Shown here: piece by piece, positions 9,944-21,415 of the stretch | How positions within the stretch are numbered: position 1 is the first letter of the stretch | Layout of the letters: each line of letters begins with the position of its first letter | Origin: Scenedesmus sp. PABB004 | Taxonomy: Eukaryota | Direction of reading: 5' to 3' | Assembly (NCBI GenBank): GCA_014905635.1 | Contig: JABVCE010000007.1 | Span: 868,001 to 932,000, forward strand | DNA: 64,000 bases | The notes under the pieces: model-generated | The model's input: only the letters and a program-made list of their open reading frames with translations | Told to the model about the DNA's origin: nothing | The model's database searches: none | Translations under genes and position numbers: made by a program

Positions 9944-12900
9944 ATGTCAGGCAGCGCGCGCCTGGCGGCGCTGGCGGCGCTGATTGCGGCGGCGCCGCTG
10001 CTGGCGGCGAGCACGGCGCAGGTGCGGCGCTGCCGAGCCTGCAAGCGCTCAGGCGTGTGGATTGGTACGTCATGATCACGCCCGCGCGGCCCCCCGCTGC
10101 GCAGGAGAGCTTCGTCGAGGAGGCGCTGGTGTCGCCGCTGCTCGACGGCCTGCAGCTGGTGCGCCGCCGCCTACCGCCGCCTGCCGCCGCCGCGGGCCCG
10201 CCCGCCCGCGAGATCCCGTCACCCAGGGCGAGACGCCGGAGCAGCAGCGGCCTGTGCGACCACGCGCCGCGCCGCCGCCGTGCTGCGCGCCGCACAGGTG
10301 CACCTGCAGTTTGAGCTCTCTGCGCCCGCGCGCCGCCACTACGCCCTCTTCCCCAAGGCCGTGGGGCAGCTCGTGGCGGCGCTGCCCTTTGACGAGGTGG
10401 AGCTGTCGCTCACGCAGGGCCGCTGGGTGAGCGCAGGGCGCCGGCGCGCGGCGCGCGAGGCCGCGGCGCGCGCGAGCCGACGCCGCTGCCGCCCCGTACC
10501 CAATGCCCGCAGCAATACCAGCGCTGGGGGCAGCCGCTGCTGCAGGCCAAGCCGGCAGGCGCGGTGGGTGCTGCCGGCGGCCGGCCGCCTCGGCTGCCCG
10601 GCCGCGCCGCGCCGAGCGCCCCCCCCCCCCCCCCGCCCGCAGGAGCTGCGCGCCGCGTTCAGCCCGTTGCTGCCGCCGGACGGCGTCGCGGCCGCGTGGT
10701 CGGCGCTGAGCCAGGCGCTGGGCGGGCTCTTCTGCGCGTCGCTCAACTTTGTGGCCCGACCCGAGGCCACCGCGGCGCGCGCGATAGAGATGGCGCCGCC
10801 CGACGCCGCAGCCTGCAACGCGAGCGCGGCCGCGTGCGGCTGGCAGCCCGCGGCGGCGGGCCGCCAGGTGCTGTACGCGGCGCTGCCGCAGGAGGGGTCG
10901 TGCACCGAGAACCTCACGCCCTGGCTGAAGCTCCTGCCGTGCAGGTGGGGCGGCGCGGCCAGGGCGGGGCTGCCCCCGCGCGCACGGCTCGGTGGGGAGC
11001 GGCTCTTGACGCGCGCCCGCCCGCGCCCCGCGGCTTCAGGGACGTGGCTGGCCTCGGCAAGCTGCTGGCGGACCGGAGCGTCGTGTTTGGTGCAGGTGCG
11101 CGCTGGGGGGCAGCTGCTTGCGTGTCGTGGGGAGGCGGCAGGGGGCTGCGGTGCAGCCAGCCGGCGCGGCCGACGCTGCCCCCCCCCCCCGTCGCCGCTG
11201 CCGCCGGCAGACTACCACTCGCTGCGGGTGGCCATCAGCGTGCAGCGCGATGAGGAGCAGCGGCCGCTGCACACGACGCTCACGCAGACGCTGACGCTCG
11301 CGCTGCGCCCGCACGCGCCGGGCGGCGGCGGCGCGCGGCTCGCGCCGCGGCCGGGCGCCCTGGCGGACCTCAAGCTCGGCGCCCTGCTGGGCAGCCGGCT
11401 GGACGGCGCCTGCCCGCTCGCGCAGCAGAGCCGGCTCGTCGTCAAGCTGCCGGGCGAGGTGCGCGGCGACGCGGCGGAGGGCGCCGCGTCGTCGCTGCTG
11501 CGCATCCCCGCCTGGGAGGAGGAGGCGGAGCCGGCCCAAGGCGGCGGCGACGCCGGTGACGCCGTCGACGGCAGCAACAGCGACGGCGACGGCGACGCGC
11601 GGCAGCAGCAGCGCGCGAGCCGCGCTGCGCGGCGGCGGCGGCGCGCCGCCAGCTGGCAGCACCCCGCCTTCACGCTGCGCCCCGTGCCCGACGCGGTGGC
11701 GGCGCTGCCGACGGCCGCTGGCGGGACGGCGGTCGCGTACGTTTATGAGCTCGCCGGCGCCGCCGACCCGCTGCCGCCCGTGTCGCTGCGCTGGGCGCGC
11801 GACGGCGGCGGCGGCGACGGCGGCGGCGTCATTGGTGGCCTCCCCGCGGCCCCGCCAGCGCCGGCGGCGGCCGCCGCGCTCTTCGCCGCGGCGGCGCCGG
11901 CGTACGCCGTGACGCGCTACATCACGGGCACCGGCAACCTGCACGGCGGCGCGGTGCTGCAGCTCACGCGCCAGGCGCCACCGCCCGACGCCGGCGACGG
12001 GCGCGCCAACGTGAGCGTGTGCGTCTTCCAGGTCGTGCCGTGGCACGTGCGCCTGTGGCTGCACACGCTGCAGCTCTCCATCGACGGCCAGGTGCGGGCG
12101 GGGGCGGCAGCGCGCGCGCTACCCGCGCCCGTGCTCAGGCCCGCGCCGACCGACCCGCGCTGCGCGACCCGCGCCGCCGCCCGCGCCGCGCCGCGCCGCG
12201 CAGCCGGCGGACCTGGGGCGCCACCTGACGCACCGCCACATCAGCCCCGCGGCCGACCGCGCCGCGCCGCTGGTGCTCGACCTCTGCCTCGCCCTGCCGG
12301 CGCGCGCGCGCTCCGTCGCGCTGACCGCCACCTTCAGCAAGGCGTTCCTCACCGCGTTTGAGCACCCGCCCGACGCGCACCGCGGCTTTGACGTCCCCGC
12401 CGCCGACGTCGCGCTCGGCGGCGGCGCGCCCGGCGCCGGCGGCGCGGCGGCGCGCTGGCGCGTCGCGCCTGCGAGCGGCGCGCCGCCCGGCGCCGGCGCG
12501 GGCGGCCCGCACGGCGCCGGCAGCCCCTCCTCCGCGCGCTCGCGGCGCCGCGGCCGCAGCAGGCGCGTGCCCGCCTGCGCCGCGCCCGCGCCCCGCGCGC
12601 CGCTGCGCGCGCGCAGGCGTGGCCGCCGCCGCCGAGCGCCGTCCGCCACCCGCGTGCCATCCGCCCACCCGCCCGGCCGCGACTCGTCACCGCCGCAGGT
12701 GTACAGCCCCGGTCTGGTGGTGCCGCTGGCGGTGCCCGACTTCAGCATGCCATACAACGTCATCTGCCTCACCTCCACCGTGCTGGCCGTCTTCCTCGGC
12801 GCCACGCTCAACACGCTGCTGCTGCGGCCGCGCGAGCTCGAGGACGCGTCGGGCGGCGGCGGCGGCGCGGCCGCCGCGGCGGCCGCCGCGCGGCGGCGCC

Positions 12901-13031
12901 GCGCCAAGCTGCTGGTCGTGGCGGGCGTGTTCGGGGGCCTCGCGCTCTGGCTCGACCCGGACCTCCAGGACGCGGCGGCGGGCCAGCTCCGCGCGCTGGG
13001 CCTGCTGCCGCCCCACGACGGCGACGGCTGA
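9944..13031 (+). CDS. PIGT: GPI transamidase component PIG-T/Gpi16; multi-exon
   Basis: Signal peptide; HYALFPK, ELSLTQGRW, LGGLFCASLNF, LPQEGSCTENLTPWLKLLPC, EHPPDAHRGFDVP, VPDFSMPYNVICLTST. Confidence 0.93.
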
Positions 13032-13363
13032 GCGCACGCGGCAGCGGCAGCAGCGGCGGCACCGGCCGCGCCGCTTCGCCGGGTGACGCGCACCGCCAGT
13101 GCCCCCGCCATGCGGCTCGTTGTGTACGCCGGAGCGGCCTGCAAACGTGGGGGCGGCGCCACGCCTCGCCGCTGGGTGGCCTGTCCGGGCCCCCGCCAGC
13201 GCAGCATCTTGGCAGTCGGCCAGGCTCCGCCGGCAGGGCTCGCCAGCCCTGGCGCCGGCGTCCTCCGCTCCCTGCCACACAAAGCGCACGACTGAGACAA
13301 CTTTCTCCCTGCCCACGCGCTCCCAGACAGTTCACACGCACCAGCGCTCGAGCGACTGCTGCC

Positions 13364-16300
13364 ATGGCGGGGGGCGCGATCGTGGCGGGCCCTGGCGGCC
13401 GCAGCACGGATTACAGTCGCGGCCGCATCACGCCCTACGTCGTGATGGCCTGCTTCGTCGGCGCGTGCACCGGCCTCGTCTTCGGGTGCGCCTCCCGCAC
13501 CGCTCGCGCGCCCGCAGCTGCTGACCGCCGGCGCCAGAGCTCAGGGATGGTACCGCCGACACCACGGCCGCGCGCCGCGCGCCGGCGCCGCCCCAGCGCG
13601 CGGGCCAGGCTCGCTGGCGGGTGCGAGCTCACCCGCCTCCCCCGCCGCCCGCCCGATGCCGCCGTGCAGCTACGACATCGGCATCGCCGGCGGAGTGATC
13701 TCGTGAGCGCCTCGCCGAGCGCACGGCTGGGGAAAGTGTGGCCCGGCGCGCCGCGCGCCCAGCCGCCGCCGCCGCGCCTGGCGCTCGCCGCAGGTACCCT
13801 GACTTCCAGGCGCGCTTCTTCCCCCAGGCGCGTGCGCCGCGGCCACCGCGCGTGCGCGCCGTGCGCACGCCGCGCGGCGCGCAGCTCAAAGTGAGTGACC
13901 ACCAACGCGCGGGACGTGCACACGCGCGCACGTGCGCAGGTCCTGGAGAAGCACGCCGACAAGAACGCGTTCTGCAAGTACAACGACCCGCTGCTGCAGC
14001 TCTTCGTGTCGGTCCTCTTCCTCGCCGGCATCGTCGGCGCGTTCGTCGGGTCGTTCACGTCCAAGCGCCTCGGCCGCCGCCCGACGATGATGCTCGGCGG
14101 CGGCTTCTTCCTTCTCGGCGCCATCCTCATGGCCCCCGCGGTGCACGTGGCGATGCTCATCGTCGGCCGCGTCGCGATGGGACTCGGTGCGCGCGGCCGG
14201 CCGCGCGCGCGCGCCGGGCTGCGCGGCACCGGCGGCCGGCGCGCCGCGCGCGGCCGCGCGGGCGCCGAGCAGCACGCCCGCGCCGCCGCCGCCGCGGGCA
14301 CGCAGGCGTGGGCATCTGCGTGCAGTGCGGGCCGCTCTTCCTCAGCGAGCTCGCGCCGTACCACCTGCGCGGCGCGTTCAACACGCAGTTCCAGGTGCGG
14401 CACGCGGCCCGCGCCGCCGCCGCCGCCGCGCCGCCGCGGCGGGCGGGCGGCAGCGGTCGCGCATGCGGCCTCGCCGCAGAGGCGGCCGCTTGCGAGCTGC
14501 GATTGCAGCTGACGCGCCACCGCCTGGCCGCGTCCCGTGCAGCTCTTCATCACCATCGGCATCCTCGCAGCGCAGCTCATAAACTATGGCAACCAGGTGC
14601 GCACTCGGGCGCGCTCGGCGCAGCTCTGAGCCCAGCCGAGCCAGGCCGCGCTGCGGGCGCGCCTGGGCCTCGCGGCGCGAACTCGACCGCCTGCGCCCGC
14701 GCCCGCGCCGCGCAGAACTACGAGTGGGGCTGGCGGCTGAACCTCGGCCTCGCCGGCCTGCCCGCGCTGCTGCTGATAGTCGGTGCCGCGCTCGTGCCGG
14801 AGACGCCCAACCACCTCGTCGAGCGGGGGCAGCTCGAGCGCGGCCGCGCCACGCTGCGCAAGATCCGGGGCGTCGACGGTGCGCCGCCGCTGGCCGGGGA
14901 GGGCTGGGACGGGGCGGCTGCCGTGCTGGACGCGCGCGAGCCACCGCGCCCGCAGCCGGCGCGCGCGGGAGGGGGCCTCAGCCTGCGCGCGCCGCGCCTG
15001 CCGGCGCCACAGATGTGGAGGCCGAGCTTGACGACATGCGCGACGCGGCGGACGCCGCGCACGCGGTGCGCGCCAACCCCTGGCGCGCGATGTTCTCACG
15101 CAAGTTCACGCCCCAGCTCGTCATCCTCGTCGCGCTGCAGGTGCGCCGGCTGGCGGGGGGCGGGCGGCCGGCGGCGGCCGCGCCGCCGCGCAGCGCGCCG
15201 CCGCGCGCCCCAGCGACGCCGACGCCGGCCCGCCCCGCGCCCCGCGCCGCCCCCAGATCTTCAACCAGCTGGATGGTATCAACAGCATGTGCGGCGCCGC
15301 CGCGTGCCCGCAGCGACCGCGCCCGCGCGGCCGCGAGCAGCACGGCCCAGGCCGCGCCGCGTCGCCGCCCCGGCCGCGCCGGCGGGCTCAGCCCTCCCTC
15401 CTGCCGTCCGCGCGCGCCCGACGCCGCCCGCGCGCGCCGCGCCGCAGCATGTTTTATGCGCCGCAGCTCTTTGACGCGATGGGCTCGGGGCGGCGCGAGG
15501 CGCTGCTGACGCACGTCATCATTGGCGCGGTCAACGTGGCCACGACCTTTGTCGCCGTGTTCACGGTCGACCGGCTCGGCCGCACGTTCTGGATGATCGA
15601 GGCCTCGGCCCACATGATGGTGCGGCGGCGCGGCACGCACGGCCGCCGGGGCGCTGCACCCGGGCGCCGGGGTGGGCGCAGCGCTGACCCCCGCCGCGCC
15701 GCGCCGACCCCGCCGCGCCGCGCCGACTCCGCCGTGCCGCGGCAGGTGTGTGAGATCATCGTGGGCGTGCTCGTCGCGACGCAGATGGACCCCCTCACCG
15801 GCGCGCTCAGCCGGCCCGTGACGATCGGCCTCATCGTCGTGGTGTGCGCGCCGTGCCGCCGGCACCAGGGTTTAGGGTTAAGGGTTAAGGGTTTAGGGCT
15901 CTGACCGGCGCCGCGCCGGGCCGCCGCGTGCTGCGCCGGCCCCGCCTGCCACCCGAACGTCCCTCACCCCCCCCCCCTCCACCACAAGCGCGCATTCGCA
16001 CGCGCGCTCACACGCGCGCCCTGCCGCCGCCGCCGCCAGGTGTGCGTGTTCATCGCCGGCCACGCGTGGGGGTGGGGCCCGATGCCGTGGCTCGTGTGCA
16101 GCGAGGTCCAGCCCCTGCACACGCGCGCCGCGGGGACGGGGCTTGCCACGATCGTCAACTTTGCGCTCACGTTTGTCATCGGGCAGTGCTTCCTCTCCAT
16201 GCTCTGCGCGATGCGCTACGGCGTCTTCTTCTTCTTCGCAGGCGCGCCCCCCCGCCCCTGTCGCCGCGCACGCCGGCGCGCACGCTGCGTGCTGCCGACC

Positions 16301-16680
16301 GCGCAGGCGGCGCTGTGCGCGCGGCCGCGTGCCGACGGCGCCCGCCCGCGCCACGCCCACACAAACAACACACACACAACACACACACAACACTCACACA
16401 CAACACTCACACACAACACTCAGGCTGGCTCGCGTTCATGGGCGTATTCACGTACCTCCTCGTCCCCGAGACCAAAGGCGTGCCGATCGAGGCGATCGAG
16501 GACAAGTTCAGGGGCCACTGGTTCTGGTCGCGCGTGATGGCAAGGAACGACGCGCGCGCCGACCGCGCGTCGCGCGCGGCGGCCGCGCCGGCGCACGTGC
16601 TCGAGGGCGACGACGACGTCTGCCCCGACCGCGACACCGTGTGCCGCGTGACGCCCGCCGGCGGCGGCGCGGTCAAGTGA
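13364..16680 (+). CDS. Hexose/H+ symporter (HUP/STP family, MFS sugar porter); multi-exon
   Basis: [88 protein letters not shown]. Confidence 0.93.
15867..15898 (+). repeat. Interstitial telomere-like repeat in an intron (AGGG TTTAGGG TTAAGGG TTAAGGG TTTAGGG)
   Basis: Four 7-mer units seen directly; TTTAGGG is the plant/green-algal telomere repeat. Confidence 0.85.
16358..16421. repeat. Degenerate (CA)n microsatellite in the last intron of the sugar transporter
   Basis: cacacaaacaacacacacacaacacacacac... seen directly. Confidence 0.85.
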
Positions 16681-17196
16681 GGCGCGCGCCGGCTGCCTGC
16701 CTGCCGGGCAGCCCGCAGCGCGGGCCGCGCGAGAGAGCGCTTCCGGGCCGAGCGACGACACCTGGCCGGCACTGCTCTTGGCAGCGGGCTGCAACGCCCG
16801 CCGCCGCACACGCAAACGCACACCGTACGCACACTGATTGCTGCGCCGCGCCAGCCGGCTGTACCACCACCGACAGCTGCGGCGGCCCTGCTTGAGGCCG
16901 GTGCTGAGTGCCGCTAGAGCTGTTCTTCTGTTGTACAACGCTCTTAAGCGCGCCACGCTGCTGTAGGATTCGTTCGGCCGAAGCGACTGCACTGCTGCTG
17001 CCTGGTGACGGGCGGGCGGCCTCCCAGACCGTCCCGGCGCATTTTGCAACGCGCACCCGCGTCCCCAAGCCTGCAGGCGCCCTGTTGTACAGCCGCCGCG
17101 GCGCACGCGGCGGGGCCCCCTTGCGTCACGTCACCCCCCCCCCCCCTTGCGCCCCTCCTGCGCCACGCGCGCTCACGCGCGCGGCCGCGCGTGAGC

Positions 17197-18616
17197 TCAC
17201 ACCAGCACAAAGTCGTCCGACACCGCGTCGCTGTTGGTGCCGTGCACGTGAGTCTTCATGTAACGCTGCAGGCCCGCGTGGTCAAACCCGGCGCCCCCCA
17301 GCTCGGCCAGCGCCATGAGCACGTCCGAGCAGGTTACGTCGGCGTGCTGCGCCAGCCACTCCGCGCCGCCGCCGCCGCCGCTGGCCGGAGCGGGCGCTGG
17401 CGCCGCGTCCGCGTTCGCGTCGGCGGGGCCGCCGCCGGCAGCGGCGGTCGCCGGCTGCTCGCGCGGCTGCTCCGGGCGCGCCGCGCCGCCGCCGCCGCCT
17501 CGCCGGCGCACGGCGACGCGCTTGCCGCCCGCCTCCACGCTCGTGGCCGAGGCGAGGCCGTGGAACTCCGACAGGCCGTGCACCAGCAGGCGCGCAAAGC
17601 CGTCGGGCAGCTCCAGCAACAGCTCGGCGGCCGGGTCATCCTGCGAGCCCGGCGGCGCGCGTGAGCGAGCGGCGTGCTGCGCCGCCGCACGCGCCCCGCC
17701 GCCGCACGCGCCCCCGCCGCCGCACCTGCTCGAGCAGCGACAGGACCTGCATCTCCAGCTCCAGCACGCTGTGCACGTTGGCCTTCTTGAGCGCCGCGCG
17801 CGCGCCGCGGCTGACGCGGGCCCACTTGCTCAGCGCAGCGGCCGCCGCGGCCTGCTGCCGCGCGTGGTGCGAGGCGGGCCCCGCGCCGCCGCCCGCCGCC
17901 GCGGCCGCGGCCGCGGCCTGCTCCCGGTTGTGCTGCTCCCACCGCTGCGCGGCCGGCGGGCGGCGGCGGCGCAGTGCGGCGGGGGCGCCGTCGGCGGGCG
18001 CTGCCGCGGGCGCCGCGTGGCGGCGCGAAGCGCTCCGCCTCCCGCGGCGCGCACCTCGAGCGCGCGCGCCTCCTTGTCCATGTCCACACTGATGAAGTTG
18101 GCCCACAGGCCCGCGTGCTCCGGCGCGGCGGCGCGCGCAAACGCCGACGGCGGCGGGTACGAGCCAAACGGCGCGGGCTGGAACTGGGCCTGCATCTCGG
18201 CCGAGCTGAGCGGTCCGGCGAGGTCGCGCAACACCTTGTCGGCCAGCCAGCGGCGCCGCCGCCGCGCGCCGACGCGCTCGATGGCCCGGAGCTCTGCCAG
18301 CTCCTCTGCGTCGCTGCCGGCGGCCACCTACGGCGACGGGAGGGAGGGGCCGCGGCGCGGCTTGAGCAGCGGCGAGCAGCGGCGGCCGCGAGCAGCGGCG
18401 CACGCGCCGCGCCTACAGCCAGCGCCTGCAGCCTCTCCGCGCCACACGGGAGAGCGCGCCCACCTTGCTGCGCTGCAGCGAGCCCCAAAGCGCGGCCTTG
18501 CCGCCGCTGGTGCCCTGCCCGGGTCGAGGCCGGCGCTGCTGCTCCTGCTGCTCGCCCGCGCGGCCCCGCCAGGCGAGGTGGTGCCCGTCGGGCATGATCC
18601 ATGGCGCGGACGACAT
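17197..18616 (-). CDS. R3H-domain protein with R3H-associated N-terminal domain
   Basis: GARRRRRWLADKVL, W..FISVDMDKE, W.RV....RAALKK, and R3H core LPDGFARLLVHGLSEFHGLASAT. Confidence 0.8.
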
Positions 18617-18893
18617 GGCGGGGCCTCCGGCGCGGCGGCGGCGTGCGAGCAGCAGCAGCGGCGAACGCGTGTGGCTGCGCACGGCGCGTGGGGGCCTGCA
18701 CGGCCGTGGGCAGGCGCGGGCTGGCGAGCGGGGCGGCTGAGCTCAAGCGTTCAGCACCGGAGCGCGCGCGGCGGCTTTGCGGAGGCGGCGCAGTCACTGA
18801 CGAGCGTGGTTCAGGTTGCCGGCGCGTCGGCCGCACACGCGGCCCCACAACGCAACGCGCGCACGCCGGCGGTGTTGTACAGATAGCTCCAGG

Positions 18894-20118
18894 TCACAGC
18901 GGCGCGTCGGTCACGGCGGTGATCCACAGCAGGTCCTCGTCGGTCGTCACGTCGATCGTGTCCGAGGCGATGACGTTGCTGGTCGAAAGCAGGCCCCGGA
19001 AGCACATCTGTGCGCGCGCCCGAGGCGGGGCGGTCGGGCGGTCGGGCGCGCGGGTGGTTGGGCGGCGGCGGCGGCACGCGTGCGGCGCGCGGTGCGCATG
19101 CGGACGCAGCACGCAGCACACGCACGTGCGTGTCGTCGAGGTCCCACTTCAGCCCGCGGCTGCTCGCGGTCGCGGGCCGCGCGAGCGGCACGAGCCCGCA
19201 CGTCGGGCCCTCGGCGCGCGACGGCGTGATGCGTGCGCGCCCCGCGCGCAGCAGGCGCACGAGGTTGCCGTCGCCCCAGAGCGTGAGGTCAAGGTGGGGG
19301 TAGCAGTAGAGCGTGTTGAGGTTGGCCAGCGTGTGGTCCAGCCGCCCGCCCAGCGCGCCTGCGCGGTCCGCGCGCGGTGTGAGCGGCGCGCGGCCGCGGG
19401 GCCGGCAGCCCGCGGCGGGGCCGGCAGCCCGCGGCGGCGGGGCCGGCAGCCCGCGGCGGCGGGGCCGGCAGCCGGCGGTGGCGGGGCCAGCAGCCGGCGG
19501 CGGCGGCGGCGCGCTCACCCATGACCAGGATGATGTGCTGCTGCCGCAGCCGCTTGGCGGGCAGCGCGCCGCCGTCGTGGCTGGCCAGGATGGTGGCGTG
19601 CACTTCGCGCGCCGCCGGCTGCCCGCCGCCGCCGCCGCCGCCGCCGGCGTGCGCCCCGGCGCCGCGCTGCGCCGGCCAGCCCGCCTGCGCCGGCGGCTCC
19701 GGCGCGCCCAGCTGCTGCTGCTGCTCCTGCTGCTGCTCCTGCTGCTGCTGCTGCAGCTGCAGCTCCTGCAGCTGCTGCTGCTGCTCCGGCCGCTCCCGCA
19801 GCAGCAGCACCTCGGCCAGGATCTGCTGCTGCCGGCCGCTGCTCGCCTCGGCCGCGGCGCCCGGCGTGGGCGGCGCGGCGCCGCCGCCGGCGCTGCAGCC
19901 GTCCGGCAGCGCCGCCGCGAGCGTCGTGCCCGCGCTGCCGACGCTGCTGCTGCTCGCCGGCAGCGCCGCGCCCGCCGCCGCGCGCGCCGCCGCGGCGGTC
20001 GCGATGGCCTTTGCCCCGTGACCCGGCGCGCCGCCGGCGGCGCCGCCGGCGGCGCCGATCGCGGCCGCGGCGCTCGCGGCGACGACGACGACCGGCGCCG
20101 CGCCCGCGCCCGCGGGCG

Positions 20119-20164
<46 letters not shown>

Positions 20165-20735
20165 GGCGTCGCCCGACATCGTGCGCAGGCGGCCCTCCAG
20201 GAATAACAGGCACTTTTCGAGGTCGGTCGTCTCCTGGTCGCTGCTGAGGTCGACAAACGGCACGCCGCGGTCCGCGTAAAACGCGCGCACGTCGGCGCGC
20301 ACGCTGTCGAGGTCTCCCTTGATGAGGTCCGGCAGGTGCGCCTCGCGCGCGGCGCGCGGCTCCGCGCCCGGCAGCCAGCCCGGGAGCTGGTCGTACAGGC
20401 GGTTCGCGCCGCCGTCGGCGCAGATGCGCGTCGTGGCTGCGGCGCGCGGCGCGCGGCGTGGGGCGGCGCTCGCGTGCCGCGGCCGCGGAGCCCGGCAGCC
20501 GCGCCGCGCCGCCGCCGACGCCGCGCCAGCGCCCCCGCCCCGCACCGCGCGCCCAGAGCTGCGCCGTCTGCGGCGGCAGCACGTAGTTAAGGATGATGAG
20601 GTGCAGGTGCGTGCCCGGCGCGAGGCGCTCGGGCGTGAGGAACTCGCTTGTCACCAGCTGCTGCTGCTGCTGCTGCTGCGCCGACGCGCCGGCCCGTGCG
20701 CCGGCGCCGGCGCGACCGTGGCCGAGGCCGGCCAT
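18894..20735 (-). CDS. TPK1: Thiamine pyrophosphokinase with a long low-complexity insertion
   Basis: LIILN, RICADGGANRLYD, PDLIKGDLDSVR, DQETTDLEKC, GALGGRLDHTLANLNTL, CGLVPL, SRGLKWDL, FRGLLSTSN. Confidence 0.93.
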
Positions 20736-21415
20736 CGCGGCGCCGCTGCTGCGCAGGCCGCGGCGCGGCGCGGCGGCGGCGTGCGGGGCCGGCGGCGCCG
20801 CCGCCGCCGCCGCGCCGCGGCCCGCTCGCCGGGCGCTGGCCGGCGGCGGCGGCGGGCCTGGCGGCGCGCCGGGGGAGCAGGGGGAGCAGGCAGCGCGCGC
20901 GCGTGAGCCCGCGGCGGCAGCAGCGGCGCGCGTCGGCAGCAGCAGCGGCGCCGCTGCTGGCCGCTGGCCGGCGGCGCCTGGCGGCGTGCCGCGGACGCTC
21001 AGCAGGTGACCGGGCCCGCGTCTGCGACCCCGCACCTCGCAGCAGCGCAGCCAGGACGGGCCGCGCCGTCAGGCCCGCGCAGCGCTGCATGCCGGCATGC
21101 TACGGGCCCTTCCGGGACGACGGGAGAGGGCAGCGGGAGCGCACTGTGGGGCGCGGTGCCCGCCGCGGCCGGGAAATGCGGCGCTGGGCAGCAGCGCGCG
21201 GGGCGGTCAACGCAGCAGGTCGTTGAACCCCGCTGCGCAAGGCTGCCACGGTTGCTGGCTCGGGCCGCATCATCAGCTCTGCGCGCCCGTACGCGCCCGC
21301 ACGAGCGCCGCGGTCGCAGCGCTCCGCCGCTGCTCCCAGGCCGCCAGCAGCAGCCAGGCCGCAGCCACCCGGGGCCCGCGCGGCCCGCCCCTGCCAGCGG
21401 CTCGCGCACCGGGAA

